Counted from the stretch's first letter, positions 23,453 through 36,837 are shown. The stretch: DNA of 64,000 nt from Vicugna vicugna (GCA_013265495.1 MU058009.1:312001-376000), one strand, 5' to 3'. Made by a program: numbers and translations. Notes: a model not told the origin generated them from the sequence alone.

Positions 23453-25506
23453 TCTCCCCAGCAGAAATATCTCCCCACCTTGATTTAAGAACTAGCCATG
23501 CCGGGCAAGGGAGCTATTTGCTAGCTGGAGTTGGTGGCGGATTAGTTGGTGATCTGGGAAGGCAACAGCTGACTAAGCTGATTCATATCAGCTGATTTTC
23601 ACTGCACCCTGGACCCCATCTAAATGGGATCTACCCACTGTTCTCAGTCAGTATCTGTTTGCTTCTTTTTCTCAATCGCTAACCGTGGCCTTGCTTGTTG
23701 CTCCGGTTAGCTGTCCTTCTCCCTTGGAAAGTGAATTGTGTCCCATTCACTTCTGCTGGCCCGGGGCGGGCTGAGAGCCTGGCGCCTGCAGCTGTGCTGT
23801 GTGTTCTTGATAAATGAATGAGCCTATGGGAGAGTGCAAGAAGGGACCTCGAGGAAGCATTAATCCTACCAAACCCCCTTCAGATCGGAACCTCAAATGC
23901 CACTTTTAGGCAAAGAGCCCCACAAAGGGAACTTTCTTTGCTTTCCAACGACCTTCATGCTGGACCTTGTCTTCAAGATGCCTTCTTGGGGTTTAGCTGG
24001 TTAACCCACTGCTGTCTTTTTTGGGGCGTGGGGTTGGGAGTTAGGAGGAAGATTACCTATCTTGTTTTGCCTCTGTAATGAGAATGAGAAAGGCTCCTTT
24101 CCCAGTTGGCCGCACTGTCCGGTGAAATAGTGGATATGTGAGTGTGGTCTGTAAGCAGAGGCTCTTGAAAGTGGTTCTACTGTCCTTCCCCATCTGTAAA
24201 TTCTCTTATGGGGGCTCATGTCCTAGCAGTTCAGCTACTCCTCACCTGAGACCTTTTAAACCTGAGGATTCTCTCTGGAAACTGGTCCTTTTAAACCCCG
24301 TGGGGCAGGTCTGCCCTGCCGCCACTCCGGGGAATCACTGTTTCTGCACTTTCTCCTCCCCCTGCCCCCACCCCCATCGTTGTGCTCTGGTTGTCTCCCC
24401 TTCCCCGCCCCACTAGCCTGGTGGCCCCTGCTTTCCTTGGTGACCTCAAAGTCATCGCCAAACTCAGAAATCGGTTTCCATCAATGCTAGACTTCATTTT
24501 GAGCCGCAGCATAAAACATTTCATGGCGATTATGAACAGCAAAGCCTTTTCTGCCGAGCCTCAGCATCCGAACTTAATAGCATGCTGTAATGCCACCCTG
24601 TGCTGATGCGTGGCATATTTAATATCCATCTTTCTTAGAAATAACAGTGTTCAGAAATTAGAAGGGACTTTAGCAGCGAAATAATTAATGTGGATAACCG
24701 TCATAAACACCTCAAATGGAACAAATACAGATGGTAGGGAGCCGTGATTGCTAATATGCTAACCTCTTTTGACAGAACTTTAAATCTTTTTCCTCGGGAG
24801 GTTTGTGGATGGAAGTTAAAATGTCCCTTTCCTCATGACAAGAGCCCTGCCTTTCTGGGTCAGGGATTCACGGATCCCCAGCTTGGGCAAGGGAGCAACG
24901 CAGAGCTTTGGCTGAGAGGGGGGCTTGGGTCCTGGGTCTGGGTCTCTCTCCCACCCCGGCTGCCCGGAGGCTGTCAGGAGGGAGACCTCCATCTCCTGCT
25001 AGCTGCCTTTCTGCCCTCGGTCTCAGGCTCAGGCAGGCTGGGCTGTCCTGGAACGGCAGCCAGGCATCTACCTCTCCTGTGCCATGGCTCCAGGGGAGGG
25101 CGGGGGTCCCTGGCTGGGCTCCACTCAGTGGGAAGTAGCTCTTTGAAGATGCTAGCTGCCAGCAGGTGTGGGTTACAGAGCCCAGCTCCATGAGGCTGCA
25201 CAGAAATGAAAACTCCTCATAGAAGAATGACTCACCAAACACGCAGGCAAAAATCTACTGAGACAAATATGCAAAGGGGTGTTTGGGAAAGCTACAGCTC
25301 CTGGCTGTTCCTGCTTTTAGCCCTGCTGGCCTCGAAGCAGCAATGGATGCAGAAGGGCCATCCACGTTTCTCAAGATGAGTCAGAGTTCCCCAGGGAGGC
25401 CCTGGAGGGCAAGCTTGGGGGTGGAGGGGAGAAGGGACTCGCCTTTGCTGAGCCCCCGCGGTGGGATAAGTGCTGTGCTCTGCACATATATTTTAATTGA
25501 TTAGCC

Positions 25507-25651
25507 TTTTAAAAATTTATTTATTTTATTTTTAAAATTTTGTTGAGGGGGGAAGTAATTAGCTTTGTCTATTTTATTTTTAATGGAGGTACTGGGGATT
25601 GAACCCAGGACCTTGTGCATGCTAAGCATGCACTCTACCACTGACCTATGT
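25507..25651 (-). mobile_element. tRNA-Ala-derived SINE (camelid Vic-1-like)
   Basis: Reverse complement of the 4612 head (tggaggtactggggattgaacccaggaccttgtgcatgctaagcatgcactctaccactga), plus a ggggggaagtaattag segment and T-rich tail. Confidence 0.88.
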
Positions 25652-25859
25652 CATTTGAGGCGGGCATGGTCAGGTGACAGTTGAGACAAGGAAACTGAGA
25701 ATGAGGTAATAAGTGGTTGCCAAGTTCACTGGGGCGCTCACAGAACTACCTGGGCTCTGGGTAGCACCACGCTGGCCAGGCACCCCAATGGGTGTGATGC
25801 TAGTGGGGCCTCGCTGACTCCTCCCCCTGAGGCCAAACCCTCCTCTCTGGGGCCGAATC

Positions 25860-27195
25860 TCAGCCCCTCTCTCCCATCCAAGGACACTGATCCAAACATT
25901 TGTCTTCTTTCTCTTCAGGACCATCATTTTCCCCTTCTCTATTTAGTTACCTTCTTACAAACATGCTATAATATCTCTGAGTTTCAAAAAATGAACAAAC
26001 CTCCCTTAACCCTGTCTTCCTCCGGCTACAGATGCTCTTCTGTGTCCTCGTGTACGTAACTCAGAGGAGCCGTCTCCCACGGCCTCCAGTTCCCCTTCAT
26101 CCGCTGTCTCTTGAACCCACTCACTCGGATTTTGCTCCCAGCTCTCCACTGAGACAGTTCTCTCCCAGGTTGCTGCCAAGTCCAGCGGTCAGCTCTGAGG
26201 TGACGTGGTTGCTCAGCTCTTCCTGTCTGACTGCTTTCTTCTCTCAGCCCCTGGGAGGACAATCTCTTTTGGGTCTACTCTTAAATCACGGCGGCAACTT
26301 CTCCGTCTCCTTGTTGGTTCTCCTTCATCTCTGTTGCTCCTAATTGTTGGAGGACCTCAGGGCTTCTCTGGCTGTCTACACCCACCGCCTAGGTTATCTC
26401 ATTTAGTCCTGAGAATTCCAATACCATCCACATGCAAAGGCATGACCTTGCCTGATATCTCCATTTGGGTGTCTGACGGGCATCTAAAATGTAACCCATC
26501 CAAAATGAAACCCCAAGGCCCCGATTCCCAGCCTGCCTTCCCCACACCGTGCCCACTGCCCCCACCCTGATCCTCTCAATATCATCCCCGACTCAGGAAA
26601 CGGCAACTTGAGTCTTCCCCTTGCTCAGGCTGCAACCTCAGGAGCCATCCTTGACGCCTCTCTTTCTCTAACACTCCACGTGCAATCTTTTATCCAGAAA
26701 ACGAGCATTCCTCACCCCGTCTCTGCTGCCACCCTGGCCCCAGACAGCATTCGCTTGCACCCGGGTGAGAGCACCTGCAGTCTCCCCTCCCCCAGGGTGA
26801 CGGCGCCCCCCCACCCCGTGCACAGCGTGAATCGGATCCTGGTGCTCCTTTGTTCAAACCCTTCAGGGGCTCAGGGTCAGGATCTGGCCTCTTCACCCCT
26901 TGGACCTCAGCTCCTCCTCACCTCTTTACTTCCTCTGCTTCAGCCGCACTAACCTTGCTGTTTCTCAAACACGCCGAGCAGGTCCCTCCCCAGGATCTCG
27001 GTCCTTCCTGTTTTTTGTCGGCCTGCCATCTCTTTCTTCATCGAACTGCTCATCACCTGATACTGTGTATTTGTTTTGTGGATTGTGTGTCTCCTCCTCA
27101 AGAATGTGAGCTCTTGGAGAACAGAGACACTATCTGTTTTGTCTACCTCTGTGTCCCCAGGCATATAGTAGGTGCCCAGTAAATATTTGCTGAGG
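25860..27195 (+). mobile_element. L2 (L2a-like) 3' ~1.3 kb
   Basis: Pyrimidine-rich; atctccatttgggtgtctgacgggcatctaaa, ggagccatccttgacgcctctctttct, agaatgtgagctc, cccaggcatatagtaggtgcccagtaaatatttg. Confidence 0.88.
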
Positions 27196-27523
27196 GGACG
27201 GATTTAGACCCAGCATGACTGTCCCACCGTGCGGCGCAGTGCTGTTTGCATGAGATGTGGGCATACAGCACGGCAGGGCTCTGCTGAAGGGCTGTATCTG
27301 CCTGGCACCCTGGCGATGCCGAGTTCTAAATGCGAGGCTCTGGGTCCCTCCAAGAAGGTGTTACTACGGTAGTTAAGATCAGACCCCAAGGAAATATGCT
27401 AGATTGCAGGATGATATAAAGGAATAAAAACCATTTGATGGGTAGAAAGTTGTAACAAACTGAAGATTATTTTCAACTTAGATCCAAGGGGTTTAAATTC
27501 ATGTTCACGCCCATACTCAGTCC

Positions 27524-27648
27524 AGGTGAAGATATCTATCACTCGAACAGAGACACTTTGGAGAGCGAATGGGGAGTTATTAAGGATTATGCCATGACAG
27601 TGGGCACAAGCCAGGCCTGTCCTGGGCAGACTAGGTGTGATCACCCTA
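27524..27648 (+). mobile_element. MER94 hAT-Blackjack MITE
   Basis: aggtgaagatatctatcactcgaacagagacactttggagagcgaatgggg...ctgtcctgggcaga...tcacccta resembles MER94. Confidence 0.7.
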
Positions 27649-28599
27649 ATCGAGGAGGAAGGGGCTGGCTGATGGCCAGGACTGGCAGGCATGGGGACAA
27701 TGCTGCAGGAATGAGGCTGAAGAAGATGCCTGGGAAAAAATGGGAGGAGACAGAGAGGGGATCGGCAGAGGAGGAGGAGCCAGGAAAGGGCCGAGAAGTG
27801 TGGGAGATCTGGTCTGACGTGGTGAAAGGGCAGGGGCTGGAAGAGTCCAGGAGAAGTTCTGTTTCATATGCCCAAGAGAAGAGAAGAGAGAAACTGGGCT
27901 TCCTAAGGAAGGAGTGAGTCAGGCCCCTGCTGAGCTGGTCAGAGAGGAGACCATGAAACGGAAGGGTTTTGGCTGGGAGCCAAAGCGCATTCTGGGGCCG
28001 GCTGAGTGAGGAGCCTCATGGGGACTCAGAAGGAGTGTTGGGTCCTGGCTGAGTCTCACCTCCCGACACCCATGAGCTGGACCGTGAGGGTGTCACAGAC
28101 TGTGCCCTGCCTCAGTTTCCTCCTGCCACCGTCCTGGAAAAACTGAGGAATGAACAGCACACACAAGGCATCCAGCACAACACAAAGCCCAGAACAGTGC
28201 TTCCCTGGCATCTTCTCTAAGGAGCCTCTTCCGCAAGAAGGCGAGGATAGGACCAAACACGCAGCCTTCACGCTAGGCTTGCAGGGAGGAGCTGGGAGAT
28301 GAGCTGAAGGGCCCCGTGAGGATGGGGAGGAGGCTTGTACACCGAGGGCGGACAACGACGGGGAGCTTTGGTGGGGTGACTGCAGCTTCACGCCTGTTCA
28401 GGGCCATCGGGGCCCCGAGCACTGTCCCCGACCGGGGGCAGCTACACACGGCTGACACCAGGATGGTGCCGCACCGCTGAAAAGCTCGTGTTTCTGAACC
28501 ATTTGTGTCTACTCTGGTCAGAAGAGAGGAATTTGCAGAAAAGTCCTTCCCAATGAAGAAAATCAGGATTCCTTAATGTGGCATCTCTGCCTTATCTAT

Positions 28600-29256
28600 C
28601 AAATCTGTCGGCCTGCAAGCATCCTCTTCCCAGTCATCTCCTCCTCATTCGGCTCCGGGGCTCTGGACTCGCTGCTCCCTCCGTTGCAGGCTCTTCTCCT
28701 GGCCTCCGGCGCGCCTGCGCCCCCAGGAGGTCTCATCCCCCTTCTCTTGGGGACCCTTCCTCCGGCCGCCCTACTAAAATTTCACCCCCTTCCTCCAACA
28801 TGTCTCGCATGTACTTTCACTTTCCCGATTTGTGGTTTCTTTCTGAGCACTTCTGACCATCTAACACACTATATCAGCGCTTGGCAAATGAGGGCCCACG
28901 GGCCAGATCCAGCCCCCACCCCCCATCATTGCTGTGAATTCAGTTTTATTGGCGCACAGCCGCACCTGTTCATTTACGTACCGTCCACGGCTGCTTTTCT
29001 GCCTCAACAGCAGAGCTGAGTAGTTGTTCCAGGGACCATGTGGCCTTAAAGACTGAACTGTGTGCCAGCGACCCCTTCCAGGAGGTCTGCTAGACCCCTA
29101 CTCTAGCTAATTTATGCCGTTCATTTTCTGACTTCCCTACTAGAAGGTAAGCTCTAGGCGGGCAAGCGTTTTTGTCTGTCTTCTGATTTATTGCATTCCT
29201 ATTTACTTAGGGCAACATGGTCGCTATTCAGTAAACACTGGCTAAATGGATGGATG
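28600..29256 (+). mobile_element. L2 3' fragment interrupted by MER58A
   Basis: L2 motifs on both sides of the insertion; ctactagaaggtaagctc and terminal aatggatggatg. Confidence 0.6.
28875..29100 (+). mobile_element. MER58A MITE
   Basis: cagcgcttggcaaat...ggcccacgggccagatccagccc...gttttattgg...cagcagagctgagtagttg...gacccct. Confidence 0.85.
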
Positions 29257-30047
29257 TTGAAAATGCCACCCGTGGCAAGGTCCGGCTCCAACACTCCCTC
29301 GTCCCGAAGCACTCCCTGTCTTCCGGCCTGATCGACACTCCCTCCCGATGCTCCCATCGTGCTTTAATTTGATTAATAAGTGCGTTACTTTGGAGCAAAG
29401 AGATTTCCACACAAAACCTCATTTCTCTCCCTGGACGGTAAGCTCCAGCTGTCACGTCTATCCTGAAGCCATCCTTTGTCTCCCCAGGCGGAATCAACCC
29501 TCTCTGTGCCCCCTATGTCTTCCCTGGCTGCACGTGGAAATGGCACTGCAGTGTCTGGCACAGGTAGGGCTCCTGCGCTTGGCTGAGCCCCTCGTGGGCA
29601 GGGACCGTGGATTCGTCATCTCTGCCCCGGCAGCCAGCTCAGAGCCAGGGCATTGGCCAGTGGTGGGTCCTCGGGGGACACAGCTGGACTTACCCACTGA
29701 CACCTCGGCAGCCCTCCTACTTAGCCGGCTCGTTGGTGTCTGCGGAATGCAATGGAAAGGAGGGAGCAGAGGGCTGACCCAGAGAGCACTGCATTCATGG
29801 AGTGGGGAGGTGATGGAGAAGGAGCCAGAAATGGTTAATGAATGAAGGGAGGGGCCACGACCTGTCCATCATACTCTGTTATGAAGAGGGATCAATTTTT
29901 TAAAATCACTTCTTCGTAGCTTCCTGACTCACACACTCTGTGGGCCTGATAAACGGTTGTGGCTGACATTACCTAGCACCTCACCTAAGGCAGGGAAGCA
30001 TTTCCTGGACCCTCCTCCTCCTTTTTCTTTAAAAAGAAAAGCCTTAA

Positions 30048-30463
30048 ATGCCATTTGTAGCAACATGGATGGACCTAGAGATGACCATACTGAGTGAAGT
30101 AAGCCAGCCAGAGAAGGACAAATGCCCTATGACATCACTTCCATGTGGGATCTAGACAGATGTATCAACAGACGAACTTACTTACAAAACAGAAACAGAC
30201 TCACAGGCATAGAAAACAAACTTATGGTCACCAAAGGGGAAAGGAGTGGGGACGGGATAAATTAGAAGCTTGGGAATAGCAGATACAAACTTTTATATGT
30301 AAAGTAGACAATAAGGTCCTACTGTATAGTACAGCCATGCAACCATATTCAACATCTTGTAATAACCTATAATGAAAAAGAAAGTGTGTGTACAACTGAA
30401 TCACTATGCTGTACACCAGAAACCAACACAACATTGTAAATCAACTACACTTCAATTAAAAAA
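30048..30463 (+). mobile_element. 5'-truncated LINE-1 3' end (artiodactyl-type) with degenerate target-site duplication
   Basis: gccatttgtagcaacatggatggacctagag...gaatcactatgctgtacaccagaaac...caactacacttcaattaaaaaa; flanks aaaaagaaaagccttaa / aaaaagaaggccctaa. Confidence 0.92.
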
Positions 30464-31711
30464 GAAGGCCCTAACTGAGCAACCAAAGCAAACATAGTAT
30501 TGTCTGCTCTTCTAAACTGCGAGTTTTTTGAGAGTAGCGACTATGTGTTATGTGTTTATGCCCTTAGCGCTCAGCATTTATCCTTAGTGCTTGATTACGG
30601 AGTAGTTGGTCAATTAATTTTTTGTTGAATTACATAAATGATCTGGTATGACGTGCAAAAGTAGGGGAAGAGGGAACGAAGGAAGAAAGGGACCAGCACA
30701 AGTGCGTGCTGGGACTTGGAACTGGGGAAACAAGCCCCCACCCCAACAAAACACTACGGCGCTTTATGAGAAGGTGAGCACCGTTCCTGCGATCGCTCCC
30801 TCCAGGGTGCCTGGGGACTTTCTTCTACCCAAGAACACGGCTGCAGAAAACTGGACTCTGATCTGATTGCTCTCACGAAGCTCTGTGTTGAAAGGCTGTG
30901 TAGGCAGACCCCCGGGCACGCACGATGGAAAGAGAGATCGCTGAGTCTGTCTCGTTGGAGCTTCTGCGTCTTTCTGGCTCTTTCTTAGACCCAAGTCTCC
31001 TGCTGGGGAAGAGATGGAGACCATACCCTGCTCTCACTGGGCCCAGGGGTGACCTAAGAGACAAGTGGGGTGAAGAACGTGACCCCCAGTCCCCCTTCAA
31101 AGGTAGGTGTCTTCTGCCCTGATGAGGGGAAGAGAGGTTCCTACGTGAAATTTCTTGTTTCCATCTCCTTGAGGTTGGTTCATTTTCTCTGCACCTTAAA
31201 CACCTGTGCCATGGTGCATCACCACGAGACAGGCCCCTGGCGCGCGCGCGCACACACACACGCAGACTTCTTGTCATGGCTCATTCCTCTTACGGAGAAG
31301 ATTCAGAGTGAGTGAGCTAGCAGATGGACACCCTGGAGGTTCTGAGCCTTGTCACTCCCTATCAGCCCTCTCCGAAGATCCAGGCAGGATCTGGGAGGGG
31401 CTGCTGTGAGATGGGTGGGCTCTATGCGTTTCCAGCTGGAGCGAAACCTTTCTCTCCCTGGGGGATGGCCACGTCTGTTCTGCTGCTCAGCAGATACGTC
31501 ATGACGAGACTGAGTCCAGGTGTATGCGTTAGCCACCTTCCTTCCTGAGGCTTTCCTTTCGCCTTTTGAATTCCAGGGAAACATCGTTTGAGTGCTGAAC
31601 TTGGGAAGCAAGACCAAGACTTGCTTCTGTGACAAGAGTTCTTATTAAACTTGAATAATTTAGTAATAACTTCCCTGTACTCCTCTTTATCACAGGTCAC
31701 CCAGTCAATTC

Positions 31712-31880
31712 ATCATTCGATAAATATTGATGGCGCCTTAACTTTGTGCCAGGCAGTGTGCCACGTATGGAAATAGGTACTTTCATTCCTGTTTTACAGA
31801 TGAAGAGACTGAGGTTCAGAGAGGTGAGGAATTTCCCTGAAAAGTGGCTGATTCAGGAATCAAAGGCCTGTCTCCTGGTG
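31712..31880 (-). mobile_element. MIR (possibly joined to an L2 end)
   Basis: ctttgtgccaggcagtgtg...ttttacagatgaagagactgaggttcagagaggtga. Confidence 0.75.
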
Positions 31881-32939
31881 TCTGCCTAGCGGGCTTTTCA
31901 TTGTAACAGGGTTTTAACCAGTGTGGGTTTTGGTGAGAGGAGGTCAGACGGGGAGGACATAGGTGGGTATTTCCTAAGCCTGTGGGTAACCACTGCGGCA
32001 GGAGGCCAGAGGGACACGTGGTTGGGTGTGATATATGGGAGAGGACAGCGTGGTGCGGGGTGTGTCAGGAAGAATTAATCTCAAGGAGATGCTCCTGAGC
32101 TCCAGAACTTAACATCAGTGGCAAGAGATCAAAGCTGTGATATCTCTGGCAGAGTGTGCGATCAGGAGCGATCAAAGCAAAACAAAAGGGTTCATTTTGG
32201 TGCTCTGTGCATTAGTGGCTTGACTTGCTGACTCTGGGCACAAGCAAACCATCATGTTTGGAAACTGTGCTGACATCCGCCTGGACTTTCTTTTCTGACA
32301 TCCCCTAACATCTCACTGTTGCCTGTCCGTGAATAGAAGCATTATCTTGCTATCAGGCTGCTCCTGCTCGCCCACAAGCTGGCTGGTTCCTTTTTCCCCC
32401 CTGGGTGTGAATGTGTGTGTTCAGTGGCTCCCCTGACTTCCTCAGAAGCCAGCCTTGGTTGGAGGATGCAGCGAGATGGACTGTCACCCTGCCTTTGCTG
32501 GAGGAGCCTGGGAGTGGATGTTCAGGGCTGGTGGTCTCTGTCCCTGGGGCCCTGCGGACCACCCCACTGAGCCCCCTCCCTCACACTCTAAACCCAACAT
32601 CCTAGACTGCCTCTCAAAGGCCCTTCTTTGGAACCCTGGGGCTCTCTGAACCCAGTTTGACAACCACAGAGACACTCTCCGAAGTTTCTTAAAGCTCTGA
32701 CATTCTGGGATGTTAGGGGAGCCATTATGCCTGAAATCCCTCACTAACCCATGAAAGAGCTCTGATATGTTTTCTGGAATTTTCTCTGATAAATTTCCCA
32801 TTGTTTCTCTTGGGACTTCCCTGGGGGTGAACTTTTGGCTTCGTGGAATAGTCCAGCTTCTCAAGATGCCTCTTTATGGGTGACCCCAGCCTCCCTTTCC
32901 AGCCTCTTCTCCCCTCCCCTGTCATTTCTCTTCTCTCAG

Positions 32940-33190
32940 AGAAACTGCACTGGACTGCATGCCACTCCTGCACATGCCATGTGTCTGCACCTCCATGCCT
33001 TTGCTTATGCTGTTCCCCATGCTAGGAACGCCACATTTTTACCTTCTTCTTGGAAAACTCCTACTCATCCTTCAAAGCCTGGCTCAGATGCCCCCCTCTT
33101 GAAAGGTTTCATCTCTTTCTCACCCTCTCATATAGGGCAGTCAACTGCTTCTTCCTCTGAGACACCTTATCCTCTGGGACACACCCCTGT
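32940..33190 (+). mobile_element. L2 fragment
   Basis: gcctttgcttatgctgttccccatgctaggaacgcc...aactcctactcatccttcaaag. Confidence 0.7.
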
Positions 33191-34319
33191 CAGAGGTCGC
33201 AGCAGGGCCTGTCATGGCTGGTGGGGACAAGAAGCTTGAGAGCTCTCTGATCCGAATTCCCAGCGCACAGCACAGAGTTCCCGGGAGAAACTATCAATAC
33301 ACGTGTGTGAAATGACGGAGGACAACAGCAAAGGCTCAGGTACAGCTGGCTGCTTCCCCAGAAGAGGTGGCTTCCGGGGCAGCTCCCACGTGAGGCTGGC
33401 TGGACCCGCATGCAGCCAGCGGGCTGGCCAGGCACGGCCACCTGGCTGGGTTTGCAGAAGCGCGGGCCACCTCTTCCTCTTCACCTCCCATGTTCCCCTG
33501 GAAAGCGTTCTCCACCAGAAACACGGCGTTCTGCCTCTGGTGGCCTCAGCCTGAGCAGACAGGCCGCCAAGTTGACAGATCTTTAGGATGAGGAAGTAAA
33601 TGGACAGCCGTGCCCTGATCTGGTGCTGAGTCTAAATTTGAAGGATGTGTCTTCTGTGATTAGTCGGAAGGTTCAAAGGCGGAGAACTGCTCACCTCTCG
33701 ACTGGTCTCCACCCCCTGGCCGGCAGCCCTGCTCGGCAGGGCCCCTCCCTCCGCCCCGCGGAGCGTCTGGCGTGGCGCCCCGGGCGAGCTGTGCTTTTCT
33801 GGTCCTCCTTCTCCTAATCCCTCTGTCTGCCTCACAAAGTGGAGAATTCAATTTCCTTCCCAAAGAAGATCAGATTTGACTTAGCTTGGGCCGTTTCCAC
33901 AATTGCCACTGAAACACGGTCTCTGTGAGGACAAAAGGGCCAAAATGGTGACCTCCAAGGGGCTGTGGGGGGTGGGGAGCCAGAGCTGTGCCTGAGTGAC
34001 TAACCTGGTACCAGTGCAGGTGAGGACACTTGCAGGCAGCAGGATGCTGACCCAAGTCCAGGGATGAGGAGGCCCAGAGGACGGCATGGACTTGGAGTGG
34101 GGCCGCCTCAGGTCTGCAAGCACTTCGTCTGCAGACCCTACACCCAGCCGCTCTGGGAGAAGCAGGGCAATGCTGCCTGGGAGCTTCCAGCACATTCCAC
34201 GTGAGAGTGGGGCAAAGGCAGTCCCCACGAGGCAGGTCGGACTCACAGAGGTCATTGCAGCAGGGCAGCCAGCCCCCGTGAAATAAACATGACCACCGGG
34301 GTGCAGGGCCAGGGGACCT

Positions 34320-34400
34320 CCGAATAGCTGTGCGACCTTGGGTGATCACTTGAAGCTCCTGAGCCTCAGTTTTGCCCTCTGCAGAATGGGTATGGGGTGT
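34320..34400 (+). mobile_element. MIR core fragment
   Basis: agctgtgcgaccttgggtgatcacttgaagctcctgagcctcagttttgccctctgcagaatggg. Confidence 0.75.
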
Positions 34401-35224
34401 CACGTGGGTGGGTGCCCTCCTGTAGCACCCTGGCCACGCCTGCACCGTGCACGTCCCGCTCACCCATCACGCTAAAGGCAGGTGTCTGTGGGTGTGTTCT
34501 CCCGCTAGAACATAGCAGGTCTCTAAAGGGGCAGGACAGGGTGTGTCTTGCTTCCTGCTTTATTCCAGCGCTAAGCACTCTGCCTGGCCTGTGCGGAATT
34601 TACCAATCCTTGTTCACCCGAGGGGAAATGACACGTTAGACTGCTGGCCGCCTGCTCACATGGTTAGTTGTTTCCAGGCTGAGTGATGCCGATGTAGGAC
34701 CCAAGAAACCCTGGAAACCCGGACTTTGCACAGGGCGGGAGGAGAGGCAGAGGAAGCCCCGAGGGCTGATCAGTGGAGCGAGGGCTGTGAAGGACTTAGG
34801 GACAGACCTGTCCAGTAAGTCACTGGGTCCTCTGCGCCCTGTCCCTCCCTCCCCTGTGCTGATTCCACGGCCCCTCTCCTCTCCTGTGGTCATTCAAACA
34901 GAGCAGGGCTGCAGCTCCTGCCCTGGTCTCTGTGCACCTCACAGGCGCTGTCCCCATCCCCAGGGTGCCGTCTGTATTTGGGGAGCGGAGCCCAGGCTCC
35001 AAAGCTTGAGGGGTGGGAGGAGGGGCGGGGCAGAAGAGGTGCTGAGGATGTGATGGTCTAATGGAGTGTGGCGAACAGACTTCTGAGAAACACAGGGAAG
35101 AGGTGGAGTGTGGATAAAGGGTGGAAGGAGAGACGGGGGAAGGAGGGAGTGGGGCCTGGGAGGGTCCGCTTAGGGACAAGGCAGGAGAGACAAAAAGAGG
35201 AAATTTTTTTGAATGGAGGGATCT

Positions 35225-35450
35225 TGGATTTGCAGACACACTCTACTATATAAAAAACATAAACAACAAGGACCTGCTGTACAGCACAGGGAACTATATT
35301 CAATGGCTTGTAATAACCTCTAATGGAAAAGAATATAAAAAGGAGCATTATATATGTATGTATAACTGAATCACTATGCTGTACACCAGAAATCAACGCA
35401 ACAATGCAAACCGATTACACTTCAATTAAAAAAGAGAAAACAAAAAGAAA
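35225..35450 (+). mobile_element. 5'-truncated LINE-1 3'UTR (artiodactyl-type)
   Basis: aacaacaaggacctgctgtacagcacagggaactatattcaa...ctgaatcactatgctgtacaccagaaa...cttcaattaaaaaa. Confidence 0.9.
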
Positions 35451-36486
35451 GTGGGAATTTGGACAGTTTCGCCAGGTCACCGCAGCCAGAGCCTCAGGGA
35501 GCCCAGGAGGGAACCAGTGGGTCAGCAGGGTCTCTCCTCGCTCCCTAAGGGAGTGATTTGTCCCCACACGCGGGGGGTTCTCCTTGTACACACAGGGCTA
35601 CAGGCAGACAGGAGCTGCTCCTTGGCGTTTTGCTGCTGGAGACAGCGGGGGTCAGAGGAGAGACAGGGGACAGGCTGGCCGGCAGCTCACAGGTGGTGCT
35701 ACGGCCACTGTGGGGCACGGGGTGCCCCCTGGGGCAGGGGACAGTGGTGGTGCAGCGCCTGCTACATTACAAGATGAGGCGGCGGCCAGAAGCGCAGGGA
35801 CCCCCCGTCAGGGAGGGGACGCAGTCGCCACTGAGAGCTGTCACGTTTGTCCGGCCCTGTGAACCTTTTCCAGAGCTTTCACATTTGCTCCAAAAGCACC
35901 CCCTTGAGGTGTCGATGGACATGTTCCCACCCGTCCCTTCCTTGACATTTCTGTGACATTTTCTCTGCAAACTCTCTCTCCCCGTCTTCTTTCTGGGACA
36001 CCGTCCTCCTGATCTCCCACTGACGTCTCTGACCATTTCTTCAGTGACCTGTCCTTTCCCCAGCCGCTTAAATGTTGGCCTGTCCTCGGCCCTCTTCTCT
36101 CTGGGATGCTCCTCCTAAGGGCAGTCTCCTTCCTCCCAGGGACCTTCAATCTGTGTCTCCCACCCACACCGGGGCTCGGGCCCTTAGCCCTGTGGAGCTG
36201 GATCCCTGCGGCCAGGGGACCTACTGGCCCTCAAGTGTGATGAATCCAAACAGCCTGGTCACCGTGTCCACCCCGTCTGGACGACCCCCTCTTCCCCCAT
36301 CTCAGGGCACCTTCAGCATCCCCTAGCTGTCTACCCAAATCTCGGGGTCGGCCTGGCCTCAGCCCACCCCCCCCTCCCCTGGTATCTGTGAGTCACGAGT
36401 CAGACTGACTCCAAGATATGCTTTCAATCTGTCCCCATCTTCACACCACACTTAGGTGTGCCACCATCGTCATCCTTTGCTTAGAC

Positions 36487-36695
36487 GAGCGGTGCTCACC
36501 CAGGGAGACTTTGCCCTCGCGGGGGTAACTGGCGATGTCTGGAGACATTTCTGATCGTCACAACTGAGTGGCTGCTGCCGGCACCTAGTGAGTGGAGGCC
36601 AGGGATGCGGCTGAATATCTCATGATGCACAGGACAGCCATCCACAGCAAGGATCAACAGTCCAAGTAGGGATGCCGTAAAGCCAACAAACCCTG
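36487..36695 (+). mobile_element. MER20 hAT-Charlie MITE
   Basis: ggcgatgtctggagacattt...gtcacaactg...ggcacctagtgagtggaggccagggatgcggctgaa...tgcacaggacagcc...aaaccctg. Confidence 0.88.
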
Positions 36696-36837
36696 GCTGA
36701 GGTGATGCCACGTTTTCCTAACTGGTCTCTCTGTCCCCATGTCCCCCTTGAAGCCGCTCTCTTCCTTGCTTCCCAAGAGAATTCTTCACTACAAACAAAT
36801 CTGTCTGCGTTTCTCCGCTTCTCAACTTCTGAGCATA

